64,000 bases of DNA, from IMG/VR virus record IMGVR_UViG_3300027007_000012, positions 24,657-88,656 of that record, one strand, 5' to 3'. A program made the position numbers and the translations under genes. Numbering within the stretch: the first letter of the stretch is position 1; each line of letters opens with the position of its first letter. This DNA is from a virus (taxonomy: Duplodnaviria; Caudoviricetes). Positions 41,062 to 51,293 of the stretch are shown here, piece after piece. The notes beneath the pieces were generated by a model that worked only from the letters and a program-made list of their open reading frames with translations, did not search any database and had not been told where the DNA came from.

Positions 41062-41874
41062 ATGAAAATCAAACTAATCGCAGGCACGCCACACCCCGAA
41101 CGACTGGTGTGTCTCGCAGCACGAAATGACTACCGCGCTGAGGGCGTCATCGACCACTCGTTCGCCGAGATCATGGACGGCGTGAAGGTGGACGACGACG
41201 TCGTCGACGAGCTCCGCATTGAGTGGTTCGACGACGATGATATCGCACGGGACGACCCGTGGGATGCGATGCCCGCAGCGTTTAGAACCGAAGCAGAACA
41301 ACGCTCCCTCCTCAAGCATACCATGAACGAGGGGCACTGGGGCGTGTTCGAACACCCGCAGGCGACGCTCGCGCTTGAGGGCATCACCCGAACAGCGATG
41401 GCGCAGATCACGCGCCACCGACACTTCACGTTCGACATCATGTCCCTCCGGTACGTGACACTCGACTTCGACTCGGTCGAGGAGATGAAGGAGCGATTCG
41501 CCGAACCTGATGAGATCACGGCTGAGGAGGCTGTGAGTCGACACGGCGTGAAGACCATCGACATGGACCCCGAGGAGCGCGAGGAGCTCTGGTGGGAGAC
41601 GATCGCCCACACCGCCCACACCTACAACACACTCGTGGAAGCTGGCGTTCCCCAGGAGGAGGCGCGGAAGGTCCTCGGGATGGGCACGAAGGTCAACATC
41701 ATGATGTCCGGCAACGCCCGGGCCTGGATGCATCTGTTAAATATCAGAGGGAAGGCGAACGTCCAGGGTGAAGCCCGAGACATCGCCGACGGCGTGATGG
41801 GCGAGATGAAGGAGTGGATGCCCTACGTATTCACTCGCTACGACGACATGCTCCCGCTGAGGCTGAACCCATGA
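41062..41874 (+). CDS. thyX: Flavin-dependent thymidylate synthase
   Basis: GHWGVFEHP and the RHR-X7-S motif (RHRHFTFDIMSLRY). Confidence 0.95.
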   Translation: MKIKLIAGTPHPERLVCLAARNDYRAEGVIDHSFAEIMDGVKVDDDVVDELRIEWFDDDDIARDDPWDAMPAAFRTEAEQRSLLKHTMNEGHWGVFEHPQATLALEGITRTAMAQITRHRHFTFDIMSLRYVTLDFDSVEEMKERFAEPDEITAEEAVSRHGVKTIDMDPEEREELWWETIAHTAHTYNTLVEAGVPQEEARKVLGMGTKVNIMMSGNARAWMHLLNIRGKANVQGEARDIADGVMGEMKEWMPYVFTRYDDMLPLRLNP

Positions 41875-42755
41875 ACCCCGAGGAAGCGCAGCAGCAAGTT
41901 CGAGACGAGTTCGCACTCGTTGCCGACCTGATGCCCACGTCTGGCGTCGATCCAGACGAGATGCGGGATATGGTCGACAACGTGATCGAACGATACAACG
42001 CATATCTCGGCGACGAGATCGAAAACATCTACGAGACCAATGAGTAACGCAACCGACGCAGACGCGACGATAGACAGTAGAGATGACATCCCGGATCGTG
42101 ACGAGCTCGTCGAGCTTCGACGAGACCGTGGCCTCACGAACGGCGACATCGCGGAGAACCACATCACGGAGTTCAGTGCCCGACAGATAGGGATCTTCGC
42201 CTCGATGTACGGTATCGAGAAGGGCTGGAAGGACGCCGAGTACCTCCAGGAACAGATCGATAGAGGGGTGACCCCCGAGGACCTGGCCGAGCAGTGGCCA
42301 ATCAACGCTGACACCGTCCGGGGCTGGATGAGCGAACACGGCATCGAGGAGAACCCGATCCCTGACGCCTACGCTGACGCGGTTGAGGCGCTGGAACACC
42401 TCGCGGAGGTCGTTGACGACGACGATCTGGCGACCGAGTACGAGGAGTTCGCGAACGAGCTCGCCGACGACGAGGGTAGACTGTTCGCATGAACATGTGT
42501 GACGCCGACGACGTGGTCGAGATGGTCGGGGACACCAAGAGGGTACTCATCGACCGGATGACCGAGACGGAGGACATCATCGAATATAGAGAGCTCAACC
42601 AGGCGAGACAGGCGCTCGACGATCTCGAGTCCCTGTACAATGCGGGGACAGAAAGCGATCTCGTGAAGCAAATCTTCGAGGAAGAAACAGGGCTCGATCC
42701 AGACGACTTCGACGGACCGTGGGATGAGCGGTTGAACGGTGTGATCGAGGCATGA
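41871..42755 (+). CDS. Three hypothetical proteins (41871-42047, 42040-42492, 42489-42755)
   Basis: Coupled acidic ORFs. Confidence 0.7.
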
Positions 42756-43069
42756 GCACCGAGCGGTACGAAGCGGAGGCGGTTGGTGAGCCGAACATCC
42801 TGGAGGAAGCCAACGACACGGTCGGCCAACGAGCCGATGAGTACGGGCCGCCAACGGAGAACTTCCGGTGTATCGCCGACATGTGGTCTGGCTACCTCGG
42901 CATCGAAGTCACGCCCTACGACTACGCGATGCTGATGCAACTCGCCAAGATCGGGCGGACGAAGACGGGTGGCCCCGACCGGGATACGCACGTCGACATC
43001 CCGGGATACGCACTCACAGCCGATCTCGTCAACCAGGACGGGTCGGAGCCAGGGCCGTACCTCGGATAA
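42752..43069 (+). CDS. DUF6378-like phage protein (all-alpha, nucleotide-metabolism associated)
   Basis: ILEEA...RADEYGPP.ENF..IA.MWS.YL...K..R...D..VDI.GY pattern. Confidence 0.7.
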   Translation: MSTERYEAEAVGEPNILEEANDTVGQRADEYGPPTENFRCIADMWSGYLGIEVTPYDYAMLMQLAKIGRTKTGGPDRDTHVDIPGYALTADLVNQDGSEPGPYLG

Positions 43070-43233
43070 CGCTCCTAACTACTCTTAGGGATTAGCGGAG
43101 CAATCCATAGTTTTGCAGCAAACCTACCCAGAAGTTGTCAGAAGCGGCGTGTAAGATACCCGCGCGTATCTCGCATACTATCTTCAGACATCCGGGAAAT
43201 TTATCGGGGGTTAAATCTTATTTAACCAATATA

Positions 43234-44292
43234 ATGGTAGAAGCACACTATTTTTTCTCAACCCTTGCGCAGGCAAGTGCTGCAATCGTCGGTTTCGTTA
43301 TTGCGGTCGCCGCCGCCCTCTACTCGCTGGAACGACAGCGAGTTGAGCGCCGAACAGACGAATATCGGGATGCTCTAACCGAGTTTAGGAATCGATACGG
43401 ATTCGCCCTGGTGACGTTAGATAGGATGCTGGAGGGAGAGGGAGGTGAAACAACGTATCAGATGACCGATGATCTCTCACTGGATAACGATGAGTTGGAG
43501 GAGATCGTGCGCGAGGAATACGAAGAAAAGCCGGTCACATCGTTGTACTTGGCGCACGTACGCAGAATCCTTGGAATATTCAATCGAATCGGGCCAGAGA
43601 ACGACTACGTCCTCACCCCTGACGAGTTAGAAGCTCTTCGAAAGAGTGTCTACTGGATGTATATCCAATTCTACAATATTGGGGATGAACCCAACTCCGC
43701 GATTAAGGAGTTTGTAAAAGAAATGACGGGAAAATATTACTCTGAGTACGATGATTCGGCGGATATCACATTATTCGGGGGTGAAATCGAAACCAAAGGT
43801 TTCAGTCCGGGCCAGTTTCAGCAGTGGTTCAAAGAGAGGAGGGCCGTTGAGTCCGAAATACTCAGACCCGCTCCCGATGAGGACGATGTACTCGAGATTC
43901 GAGACGAATACATCACCGGAGATAATTTCGGGACCATAAAGATATTCTCAAAATACATTTGGGATGATTTTCATAAGGTGCTACGCGAGTCAGCGGGAAC
44001 CGTGGTTCACTACGAACCCGGGATCCGGCCAGTCGTGAAAATTTCTACGTACTTGATTCTCGTAGGCGTGATCCTCCCAACGACGTTCCTGTTCAGTTCC
44101 CCGGTGACACTTCCGACGTGGTTGATTCTGACGATTCAGGTGTTGCTTCTTGTAGGGACGCTCATACTGGCTCTGAGCCTCGTTGAGTTTGTTCTCCTAT
44201 CTGCGGAACCGACTAATCAAATGGGGGATGAAAAGAATCTAAGTAGGCTTTCGTCAACAGTTGTGAACCTACTCCCGCAACTTCCTGTCTAA
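43234..44292 (+). CDS. Membrane protein with N- and C-terminal TM segments, in a compositionally distinct island
   Basis: TLAQASAAIVGFVIAV and two C-terminal hydrophobic helices; visibly AT-richer DNA. Confidence 0.75.
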   Translation: MVEAHYFFSTLAQASAAIVGFVIAVAAALYSLERQRVERRTDEYRDALTEFRNRYGFALVTLDRMLEGEGGETTYQMTDDLSLDNDELEEIVREEYEEKPVTSLYLAHVRRILGIFNRIGPENDYVLTPDELEALRKSVYWMYIQFYNIGDEPNSAIKEFVKEMTGKYYSEYDDSADITLFGGEIETKGFSPGQFQQWFKERRAVESEILRPAPDEDDVLEIRDEYITGDNFGTIKIFSKYIWDDFHKVLRESAGTVVHYEPGIRPVVKISTYLILVGVILPTTFLFSSPVTLPTWLILTIQVLLLVGTLILALSLVEFVLLSAEPTNQMGDEKNLSRLSSTVVNLLPQLPV

Positions 44293-44405
44293 ACCCAATT
44301 TAGGAAATATGAGTCTCCGCTGGTCGACCTGGTAAATTCACAAGAGGTTTTATACTCATACCACGGAAACATACAAATCAAACTACCCTTACCCCCCAAC
44401 CCGAT

Positions 44406-45809
44406 ATGTTTACTGACTCCATCACGTCCGAAACACTGACAATCGACGGCCCTGATACCACCGGGGAGATCAAACTCACACTCACCGAAGCCGGTGAAAT
44501 AACCTCGTCAGTGACCGGTTACATTCCAGCACCAGAACCAGCCACTGACTCCCTCGCGCAACTCGCTGGAAACACCGCACCGCAATACCACGACTTCCAC
44601 GGTGAAGCACTGGATGGAACCGGTGCCATGATCACTGGCGCCGTTACAGAAAGCGATTACACTGACTCATCCGACGGATCACTCACTGATATTCGCCCAG
44701 CATCCGCGACATTCAACTCTGCACCTGACACACCATTCGTAGACCAGTCCGTTACGATTAAATTCGATATGCTGAACTTCCGTGCACCGAAATACATTTT
44801 TCCACAACCTGACGACCTACCGCTCCTCACTCGTGATGGCCTCACCTTTCACTCGGACCGACTCTCCGATTTTGACGATCGCCTCAACCTGATCAAGGAA
44901 TACCGTCGGTCACTCCGTACTGGAACAATCACGCTCACTCAAGCTGTGAATGGTCCGGTGGATAGGCAACTCAATAAAGCGCTTTCCTCGCTACGCCCCG
45001 TGACGTGGCTGCTTGCGTTCGTCCAGGGCGTGTACCCAGCACCGATTCGTGCCCGAATCACCGAGGTGGACGATGACAGCATTGCGTGGACATACGAGCG
45101 GTGGATGACAACATGGCGGAACGATATAGGGAATGCATTTACGGAGCGAATCGACTGGGCGAACGACGCCCGCGTGTTCTTAGATGACGCGTACGATCGA
45201 TTCGATGACCGGGCCGATGATTATCGGTACCGCCGGTGCATCTCGTGGTATCTCGATGCGTTACTCGACCGGACGATAGATTGCCGCGTCGCGTCGATTG
45301 CAGCCGGAATTGAGATATTGGCTGAACGTTACGCTGCTTACAGCGATGGCCCAGTTGATAGTGACGGAGAAAGTGAATATGAGAATAGTCGTGTATTCCG
45401 CGTTAGTGAGGTGCTCCGCGACGTACTTGCTTGTCTCCGCAACGTAGCGGATGAGAATGAGTCCTTTGAGTCCAACCGTGAGAAGGACGATGATTCCAAG
45501 GGAAAGACAGCTGCACGGATCCAGCATCTCGTTCAAGAACTCAATGTGAATGTGGATGACCTCGTTGAGTTCAGCGAATCGTTCGACTCGAATCCAGGTG
45601 CGGTGGATGAGTACTTCTACGCGACGACACGAAATTTTGTGCTGCATAACGCTCGTGACGAACACCCCTTTGATTCAGTATTCACAGATTACGAGGCTTC
45701 GTTGACCTTGTTTCGTCGAATTTTGTTCAAGGAGTTAACTGGGTGTGTGGAGCATAACCGGTACACAGGACTCTCGGACTTAATGCCGACTGATCAGCGA
45801 TTCGAATAA
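44406..45809 (+). CDS. ApeA-like HEPN-domain protein, putative anti-viral RNase
   Basis: WYLDAL...IAAGIEILA and C-terminal RNFVLH (Rx4H HEPN motif). Confidence 0.65.
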   Translation: MFTDSITSETLTIDGPDTTGEIKLTLTEAGEITSSVTGYIPAPEPATDSLAQLAGNTAPQYHDFHGEALDGTGAMITGAVTESDYTDSSDGSLTDIRPASATFNSAPDTPFVDQSVTIKFDMLNFRAPKYIFPQPDDLPLLTRDGLTFHSDRLSDFDDRLNLIKEYRRSLRTGTITLTQAVNGPVDRQLNKALSSLRPVTWLLAFVQGVYPAPIRARITEVDDDSIAWTYERWMTTWRNDIGNAFTERIDWANDARVFLDDAYDRFDDRADDYRYRRCISWYLDALLDRTIDCRVASIAAGIEILAERYAAYSDGPVDSDGESEYENSRVFRVSEVLRDVLACLRNVADENESFESNREKDDDSKGKTAARIQHLVQELNVNVDDLVEFSESFDSNPGAVDEYFYATTRNFVLHNARDEHPFDSVFTDYEASLTLFRRILFKELTGCVEHNRYTGLSDLMPTDQRFE

Positions 45810-46157
45810 CCTCTATACCTCTCACGGATTTCCAGAAAAGTACTAAATTTGCCAATTTCGCCAGTACTCAATTCGCACGCACACTGAGCACTCATTTCAC
45901 TTTGAAGAACTCAAAATCAATCCATTGTGAAGAGTTGTATGACACTCTCTCTAATTAGAAAGTATGAGAACTTATTATAGTCCATAAGACACCCATATAA
46001 CGTACTTGGTTAGTGATTAGCGGAATAGTCACATTACAAACTATCGTTGAGAGACATCAAGAGTGGTCAAGTGATGCGTTTTTTAATGGTAAGAAATGAA
46101 ACTTATCAGTTTTAGAAAACTATTTACCCCTCCCTTGCCTACTTATAGTTACCCTCT

Positions 46158-47114
46158 ATGCCGACCCAATTAGCCGTTGAACAGGACAGTCGGAACCACT
46201 GGGCGCTCCTGTGTCTCGCTCTCTATCAGGACGAATACACAAACGGTGCGACGACACGAGAGCTGTACGAGTTGGCCGACGGGGTGTTCGGAAACGCCCA
46301 GGGTGTCTCCGGAGCGTGTTGTAACTTATTCAACGAGCGTCGGTTGATCGAGCGAGAAGACGACCCGAGTCACCCGCGAGCATATCGCTACTATCTGAAC
46401 GAGAGCGGGTGGTCGATGCTCAAGCACATCGGGAGCCCCACCCGGACGCCCGATGGGGGCCGCGTTGGCACGGTCGACCTTCCGGACAAGCCGCCGTGTG
46501 TGAAAGCGCCGAGTGAGTACAAGCAGGTCGAGATTACTGACGATGTGGATGAGGCCGGGCACGATCCTGGTCCGTTTGAGTCGGCGAAGTCGCGACGTCG
46601 GTACTTCGCTGAGCAGAACGAGAAAGAGTATCTCGACTGGCTGGAGAACGAGTGGGCTCCGTCGAACCCTGTCTCGGAGGACGAGACCGACCGAGCGACG
46701 ACGGGTATGGACGAGTTCATCGAACTGAACCGGCGTGCCGATGCAGAGGGCGAGATTCGATTCGAGGGCCACGAGGAGATGATGGAGCAGGTGTTCGGCG
46801 ACGAAGGCGACGAGCCGGTCGAGACGGTCGATATCTCACCCGACTGGGACTGGCTCGGAACGCAGCTCGTCAAACTCGGCTTCGTCGGCCTCGCACGGGA
46901 TGCGTTCGAGGCGAAGCTCTCGCCGAACATCGTCTTCAACGACATCCTCGACACGATCCACGAACACGCGTCGGACCCGGACGTCGACCTGGACCTGGAG
47001 ACCGGCGCCGGCGGTGCAACCACCGTCGAAGCACCGGCCGATCCCGAGCAAGTGTCTCGGTTCAAGAAGGCACTCGGTGTCGACGATGCCGACTCCGGAC
47101 ACGCAGTCGCCTGA
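46158..47114 (+). CDS. Hypothetical protein with an N-terminal winged helix
   Basis: ATTRELY...GVSGACCNLFNERRLIER...YRYYL. Confidence 0.6.
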   Translation: MPTQLAVEQDSRNHWALLCLALYQDEYTNGATTRELYELADGVFGNAQGVSGACCNLFNERRLIEREDDPSHPRAYRYYLNESGWSMLKHIGSPTRTPDGGRVGTVDLPDKPPCVKAPSEYKQVEITDDVDEAGHDPGPFESAKSRRRYFAEQNEKEYLDWLENEWAPSNPVSEDETDRATTGMDEFIELNRRADAEGEIRFEGHEEMMEQVFGDEGDEPVETVDISPDWDWLGTQLVKLGFVGLARDAFEAKLSPNIVFNDILDTIHEHASDPDVDLDLETGAGGATTVEAPADPEQVSRFKKALGVDDADSGHAVA

Positions 47115-47137
47115 CGCACCCCCGATGCCACCAGCAA

Positions 47138-47175
47138 CCCGTTTGGAGCACGGCGGTTCGACTCCGCCGGCGGGC
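47138..47175 (+). ncRNA. Mini-tRNA-like element 6
   Basis: CCCGT pairs with GCGGG; T-arm CGGCGG-TTCGACT-CCGCCG; directly after a dispersed-motif copy. Confidence 0.65.
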
Positions 47176-47223
47176 CTGCGCTCCCCACCAGCGCGATAGA
47201 AATCGTGGGACGGAGTACAAGAA

Positions 47224-48254
47224 ATGACCGCAGATACCCAGTCTACCAGCACCGGGTCTACAGAGGACCGGGAGCTGATGAGAGTGGATGTGCTCGCTGA
47301 GGACGGGCACCTCCACGAGTTTCGAAACGTCGTCGACGCGCACGAGCGTGGCGACGGGGTCCAAGTAACGTATCTCGATGACGATGAGGAAATCGTCGAG
47401 AACGTCGGCGAGATGGGCGGGCGCATCGTGTGCGCACTCATACCGGCCAGGTACGGGGAGCGGCGCGATGATTGACCCGGTCTACCTGGTGGTCCTCGAC
47501 GGCGAGTGTGAGGTGTTCGAGGACGGGTATGGGTTCCAGACCGCCCACCGCGTCGCTGTGACAGACTATTACGGCGACTTCCAGTTCCCGAACGCTGAGG
47601 TACACCTCCCGGCCATCAAAGGACACGGGGCCAACGGGAAGGTCTACGTCAAAGAACAGGACATCAACTACATCGTCGACCTGTCGACCGACGAGTTCAG
47701 ACCCGTCGATGGGGAGCGTGAGTGACGTGACTGACGACTTTGTCCCCGTCCGACGGGAGGACGCTGAGACGGCCGCAGACGAGCTCGAGTTGCTCGCCGA
47801 GTCCGTCCAGGATGAAGACCCCGCTGTAGAACGGAACGTGAGAGCGGGCCTGCTGGAGGCCGCAGAATCGATCAGGGTGTCACTCGCTGGTGACCACGAC
47901 GGAAAGCTCAGCCACCCCGACCGTGAGACGTGTGTCAGAGAGGAAGTGTTCCTCGAAGAAGACCCGACTGACGAGTACCTGGATGAGGCCGGGTGGAACG
48001 TCGTCTACAACTGTCCACTGTGTGGTCGGCGCTACGAATACTTCTACGGGTTCGAGGGCATCTACGACACGGAGACGAAGCGGTACATCACGTCAGAGTC
48101 GTTCGACCCCTCGTGGGAGTGGGACGAAGAAGACGGGTACCACGATGGACAGTGTTTCTCGATCCCCGCCACCGACGACGCCCGGTACGAACGGGTGTAC
48201 ATCATGGACGGGCTGTACGACCCGCTCGATCACGAACAGATCTGGAGCGTCTGA
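47224..48254 (+). CDS. Three hypothetical proteins (47224-47475, 47468-47725, 47709-48254, the last with CPLC)
   Basis: Coupled acidic ORFs. Confidence 0.7.
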
Positions 48255-48940
48255 TGGCGGTTACGACACAGTATCCCGGGAGCCTCCCGGACTGGTACCA
48301 CCAGCACGACTACGCGGCGGTCGAAGACCGACTTGCTGCTGTACGAAAGGTGACCCTCGGCGGCGATATCGAGCAGGCGGCCGAAAACCTGCGACGGGCG
48401 TACTACTTCGCAGTCCTGTCGATTCGGACGGTCAAAGACATCCACGAACACGCGTTCGAGCTGTGGATGGACGGCACCGCACTTGAGGACGCGGTGCGTA
48501 TCACCGGAGTCAACTTCTACAAGAACAAGCTCAGCTGGATTCGAGAGACCGAAACGTCGGTCCACTGGGAAGGACTCGTCAGCAGTGTTCGTGACCACGT
48601 CGACGACGACGAGCTCGGGTCACTGATGGACCTGAACGAACGCTTGTGTGGCGTCCACTACGCGAAGTGGGGGTTCACACTCGCCCTCGCCGGCGTCTGG
48701 GAAGTGATCTGCATCGACAGTAACGTCAAGAACCACTACGGCATCGGCGGACGGCTCGACTTGCGGTCGAAAGGGGGCATCGATACCTACCGGGAGATGA
48801 TAGACCGCGTGGTACAGGACGTTCCGGCGGATGTCCCACCGTTCGTCGCCCAGTGGGTTGTCTACGACTACCAGCGAGGTGAGCACGCCACACACGACCC
48901 GTACTTCGCGGCGGCGTACCCGTTCGTCGAGAGGGCATAG
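48254..48940 (+). CDS. HhH-GPD DNA-glycosylase-like protein
   Basis: YFAVLS, GVNFYKNK, CGVHYAKWGFTLALAG and ICIDSNV align by eye with the Ogg/HhH hairpin and catalytic Asp. Confidence 0.55.
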   Translation: MAVTTQYPGSLPDWYHQHDYAAVEDRLAAVRKVTLGGDIEQAAENLRRAYYFAVLSIRTVKDIHEHAFELWMDGTALEDAVRITGVNFYKNKLSWIRETETSVHWEGLVSSVRDHVDDDELGSLMDLNERLCGVHYAKWGFTLALAGVWEVICIDSNVKNHYGIGGRLDLRSKGGIDTYREMIDRVVQDVPADVPPFVAQWVVYDYQRGEHATHDPYFAAAYPFVERA

Positions 48941-49942
48941 ATGGACGTCGCCGAGATCTACGAGCAAGAGATCAACGCCCGGGAAGACATCATCGAGGCG
49001 TGTCCTATCGACATCTACGTCGCGTCGATCAACCCGTACTGGGCCTACCCGAATAAGCTGATGGCGTACTACGAGACGCGGCCTGGCGTTCGTGACTCGT
49101 GCCGCCAGGTGATCGTCGACTCCGGGAAGACACGTATCGGCAACATGAGCGAGATCATCGACGCGGCCATCGACATGGACGCCGACCAGGTGATCCCGCC
49201 AGACCCGACACCGTACACAGACGGATACGACGATCTCACGCCCCACGGTCACGCCGAGGAGCAGGCACAGCACTACTGGGAGTGGTATCGAGAAGACGTC
49301 GACGGGAAGCTTCTGCTCCCGATTCACCCGCCGTATCAGCGATTTATCGAGGAGCTCGGTCGGTGGGACCCGGGACACATCCTCGGCTACGAAGACGACC
49401 CGTACTTCGACTACCCGAGTACGCCCGACGCTGAAGAACGCTACCTCGCCGGCGTCGAGCACTATTCGCTCACGTACGACCTGGTCGGTGCCGCCGATGG
49501 CGTGGCGGTCGGTGGCCTCCTGGGCCTCGACGTCTTCGAGCAGATCACGGCCCTCAAGCAAGTGCGCAAGGCGGTCGGCCCGTACAAGCACGTCCACGCA
49601 CTGTCACCGACACCTCGGCCCGAGATGTTGCTGTTCCTCCGACGCAACCCCGGTGTTATCGACTCGCTGGACCTGTCGACACCGGAGACGGCACCGGCCG
49701 GGAACAAACTCCCCGACCTGCGGTTCTACCCGCAGATGAAGTACCTGTTCCCACCAGCACACGCGAACATCAGCCCCGTCAGGGGCGCGGCGTCGACGAT
49801 GATCGCGCTGATGCTCAACTTCTGGTTGAGCGAGTGGGTCAAAGAGGAGGAACTGCTCGACATGCTCGAGGAGCACTACGACTGGGTCGAGCGCGAGCCC
49901 ACCGCACAGACCGGCCTGGAGGCGTTCGGGCATGGCGACTAA
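48941..49942 (+). CDS. Divergent TGT-fold (queuine tRNA-ribosyltransferase/DpdA-like) protein
   Basis: VIVDSG, GVAVGGL, VHAL and IDSLDLST motifs. Confidence 0.7.
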   Translation: MDVAEIYEQEINAREDIIEACPIDIYVASINPYWAYPNKLMAYYETRPGVRDSCRQVIVDSGKTRIGNMSEIIDAAIDMDADQVIPPDPTPYTDGYDDLTPHGHAEEQAQHYWEWYREDVDGKLLLPIHPPYQRFIEELGRWDPGHILGYEDDPYFDYPSTPDAEERYLAGVEHYSLTYDLVGAADGVAVGGLLGLDVFEQITALKQVRKAVGPYKHVHALSPTPRPEMLLFLRRNPGVIDSLDLSTPETAPAGNKLPDLRFYPQMKYLFPPAHANISPVRGAASTMIALMLNFWLSEWVKEEELLDMLEEHYDWVEREPTAQTGLEAFGHGD

Positions 49943-51161
49943 CCTCGTCGATAGCGGGCACAGACCCACCCCGGAACGGGAGACGTTCAGACACGTCTGG
50001 GCCGGCGAATCCGGGCCGTGGGTCGTTCTCGAACGCATCAAAGGGACGCGAACGGATAGCGGTGAGATCGTCGCCGAGTGTGACGACTACCTGAACGCCC
50101 TCGCGTACACCGTCGACAACGAGACTGAGGACTGGGTGACTACGGAGATTGCGGGCCAGTGCTGCAACTGTGACCAGTTGGTTGTCGTCGACGAGCTCGC
50201 AGAAGAACCACTGTGTCCACACTGTGACGACGTGCTGTGGCTGGCCACCGAGCAGCGGAAACTCGCCGAGTTCGCGCGGGAGCGACTCTCGTTCGACATG
50301 TACTGGGGCGTTGCGTCCGGCGCACAGCGGAAAGCGATTCGCGTTCTCGCGCACGGCTTCGACCATCGCGAGCCCGACGATCTCAACATCATGCTGAACT
50401 ACGCGACGCAGAACAATCAGGTCCTGACCGAGAAGGGGCTTGAGCTCGCGACAAACGTCGACACGTTGTTCATCGACTCAGGGGGCTACTCGTTTTTCGA
50501 GCGTGAGGGTGGGTACGATACGTCGGATTATGAGTATCTCAGGTACATTGCTCGAGTCCAGCCAGACTACTTCGCGCTGAGGGATTACCCATGCGAGCCC
50601 GATATCCTGGATGCACGCGACACGACCATTCGATGCCACCAGCAGCGGACGACAGAGAAAGCCCAGATCCTGCTCGATATGCTCGATGACTTTTCGATCA
50701 CGGCCACACCCGTCGCGGTCGTCCAGGGGTGGGCGCCCGATGATTACCGGTCACACCTCCGTCAACTCAACCGTGCGGGTGTCCTCGACCAGGTAGAGCA
50801 CATAGGCATCGGAACCCTCTGTGGTCGGGAAGACGTCGCCCAGATCGCGACGATCATCGAGACGGTCAGAAAGAGTGTCGGCCCGGACTTCAAGATACAC
50901 GGGTTCGGGGTGAAACGAGAGGCGTTGGAACGACCGGACGTCGTCGAGGCACTCGATTCGGCGGACACGCTGGCGTACAGCATGAAACCGATGTACGATT
51001 CCATCGCTACTGGTGGCATCCTCTCGAACACTTGGAAACACGAAGCCTGGGGGTTCTTGGACTACTACGCCACGGTCCACGAGTCACTCAGGATGATCGA
51101 GCACGGAGAAGCCGACGAGGATGTTGTCGCCCAACAGACCCTAACGTCATATGGAGACTGA
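49932..51161 (+). CDS. dpdA: DpdA-like 7-deazaguanine DNA transglycosylase with an N-terminal Zn-ribbon extension
   Basis: LFIDSGGYS, DYPCEP, VVQG, IGIG, IHGFG and DSADT motifs; N-terminal CCNC...CPHC. Confidence 0.8.
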   Translation: MATNLVDSGHRPTPERETFRHVWAGESGPWVVLERIKGTRTDSGEIVAECDDYLNALAYTVDNETEDWVTTEIAGQCCNCDQLVVVDELAEEPLCPHCDDVLWLATEQRKLAEFARERLSFDMYWGVASGAQRKAIRVLAHGFDHREPDDLNIMLNYATQNNQVLTEKGLELATNVDTLFIDSGGYSFFEREGGYDTSDYEYLRYIARVQPDYFALRDYPCEPDILDARDTTIRCHQQRTTEKAQILLDMLDDFSITATPVAVVQGWAPDDYRSHLRQLNRAGVLDQVEHIGIGTLCGREDVAQIATIIETVRKSVGPDFKIHGFGVKREALERPDVVEALDSADTLAYSMKPMYDSIATGGILSNTWKHEAWGFLDYYATVHESLRMIEHGEADEDVVAQQTLTSYGD

Positions 51162-51293
51162 AAGGAATAGAGTTGCCAAGCTACTGTCTTGCGATTTCAA
51201 TAGGTAAGAAAACAGAAACTTATTTTACCTACTACTGCATACTATAGATTACCCACCCGGCACCAGGCCAGGTGGTGTGGAACGGAGTTACTA

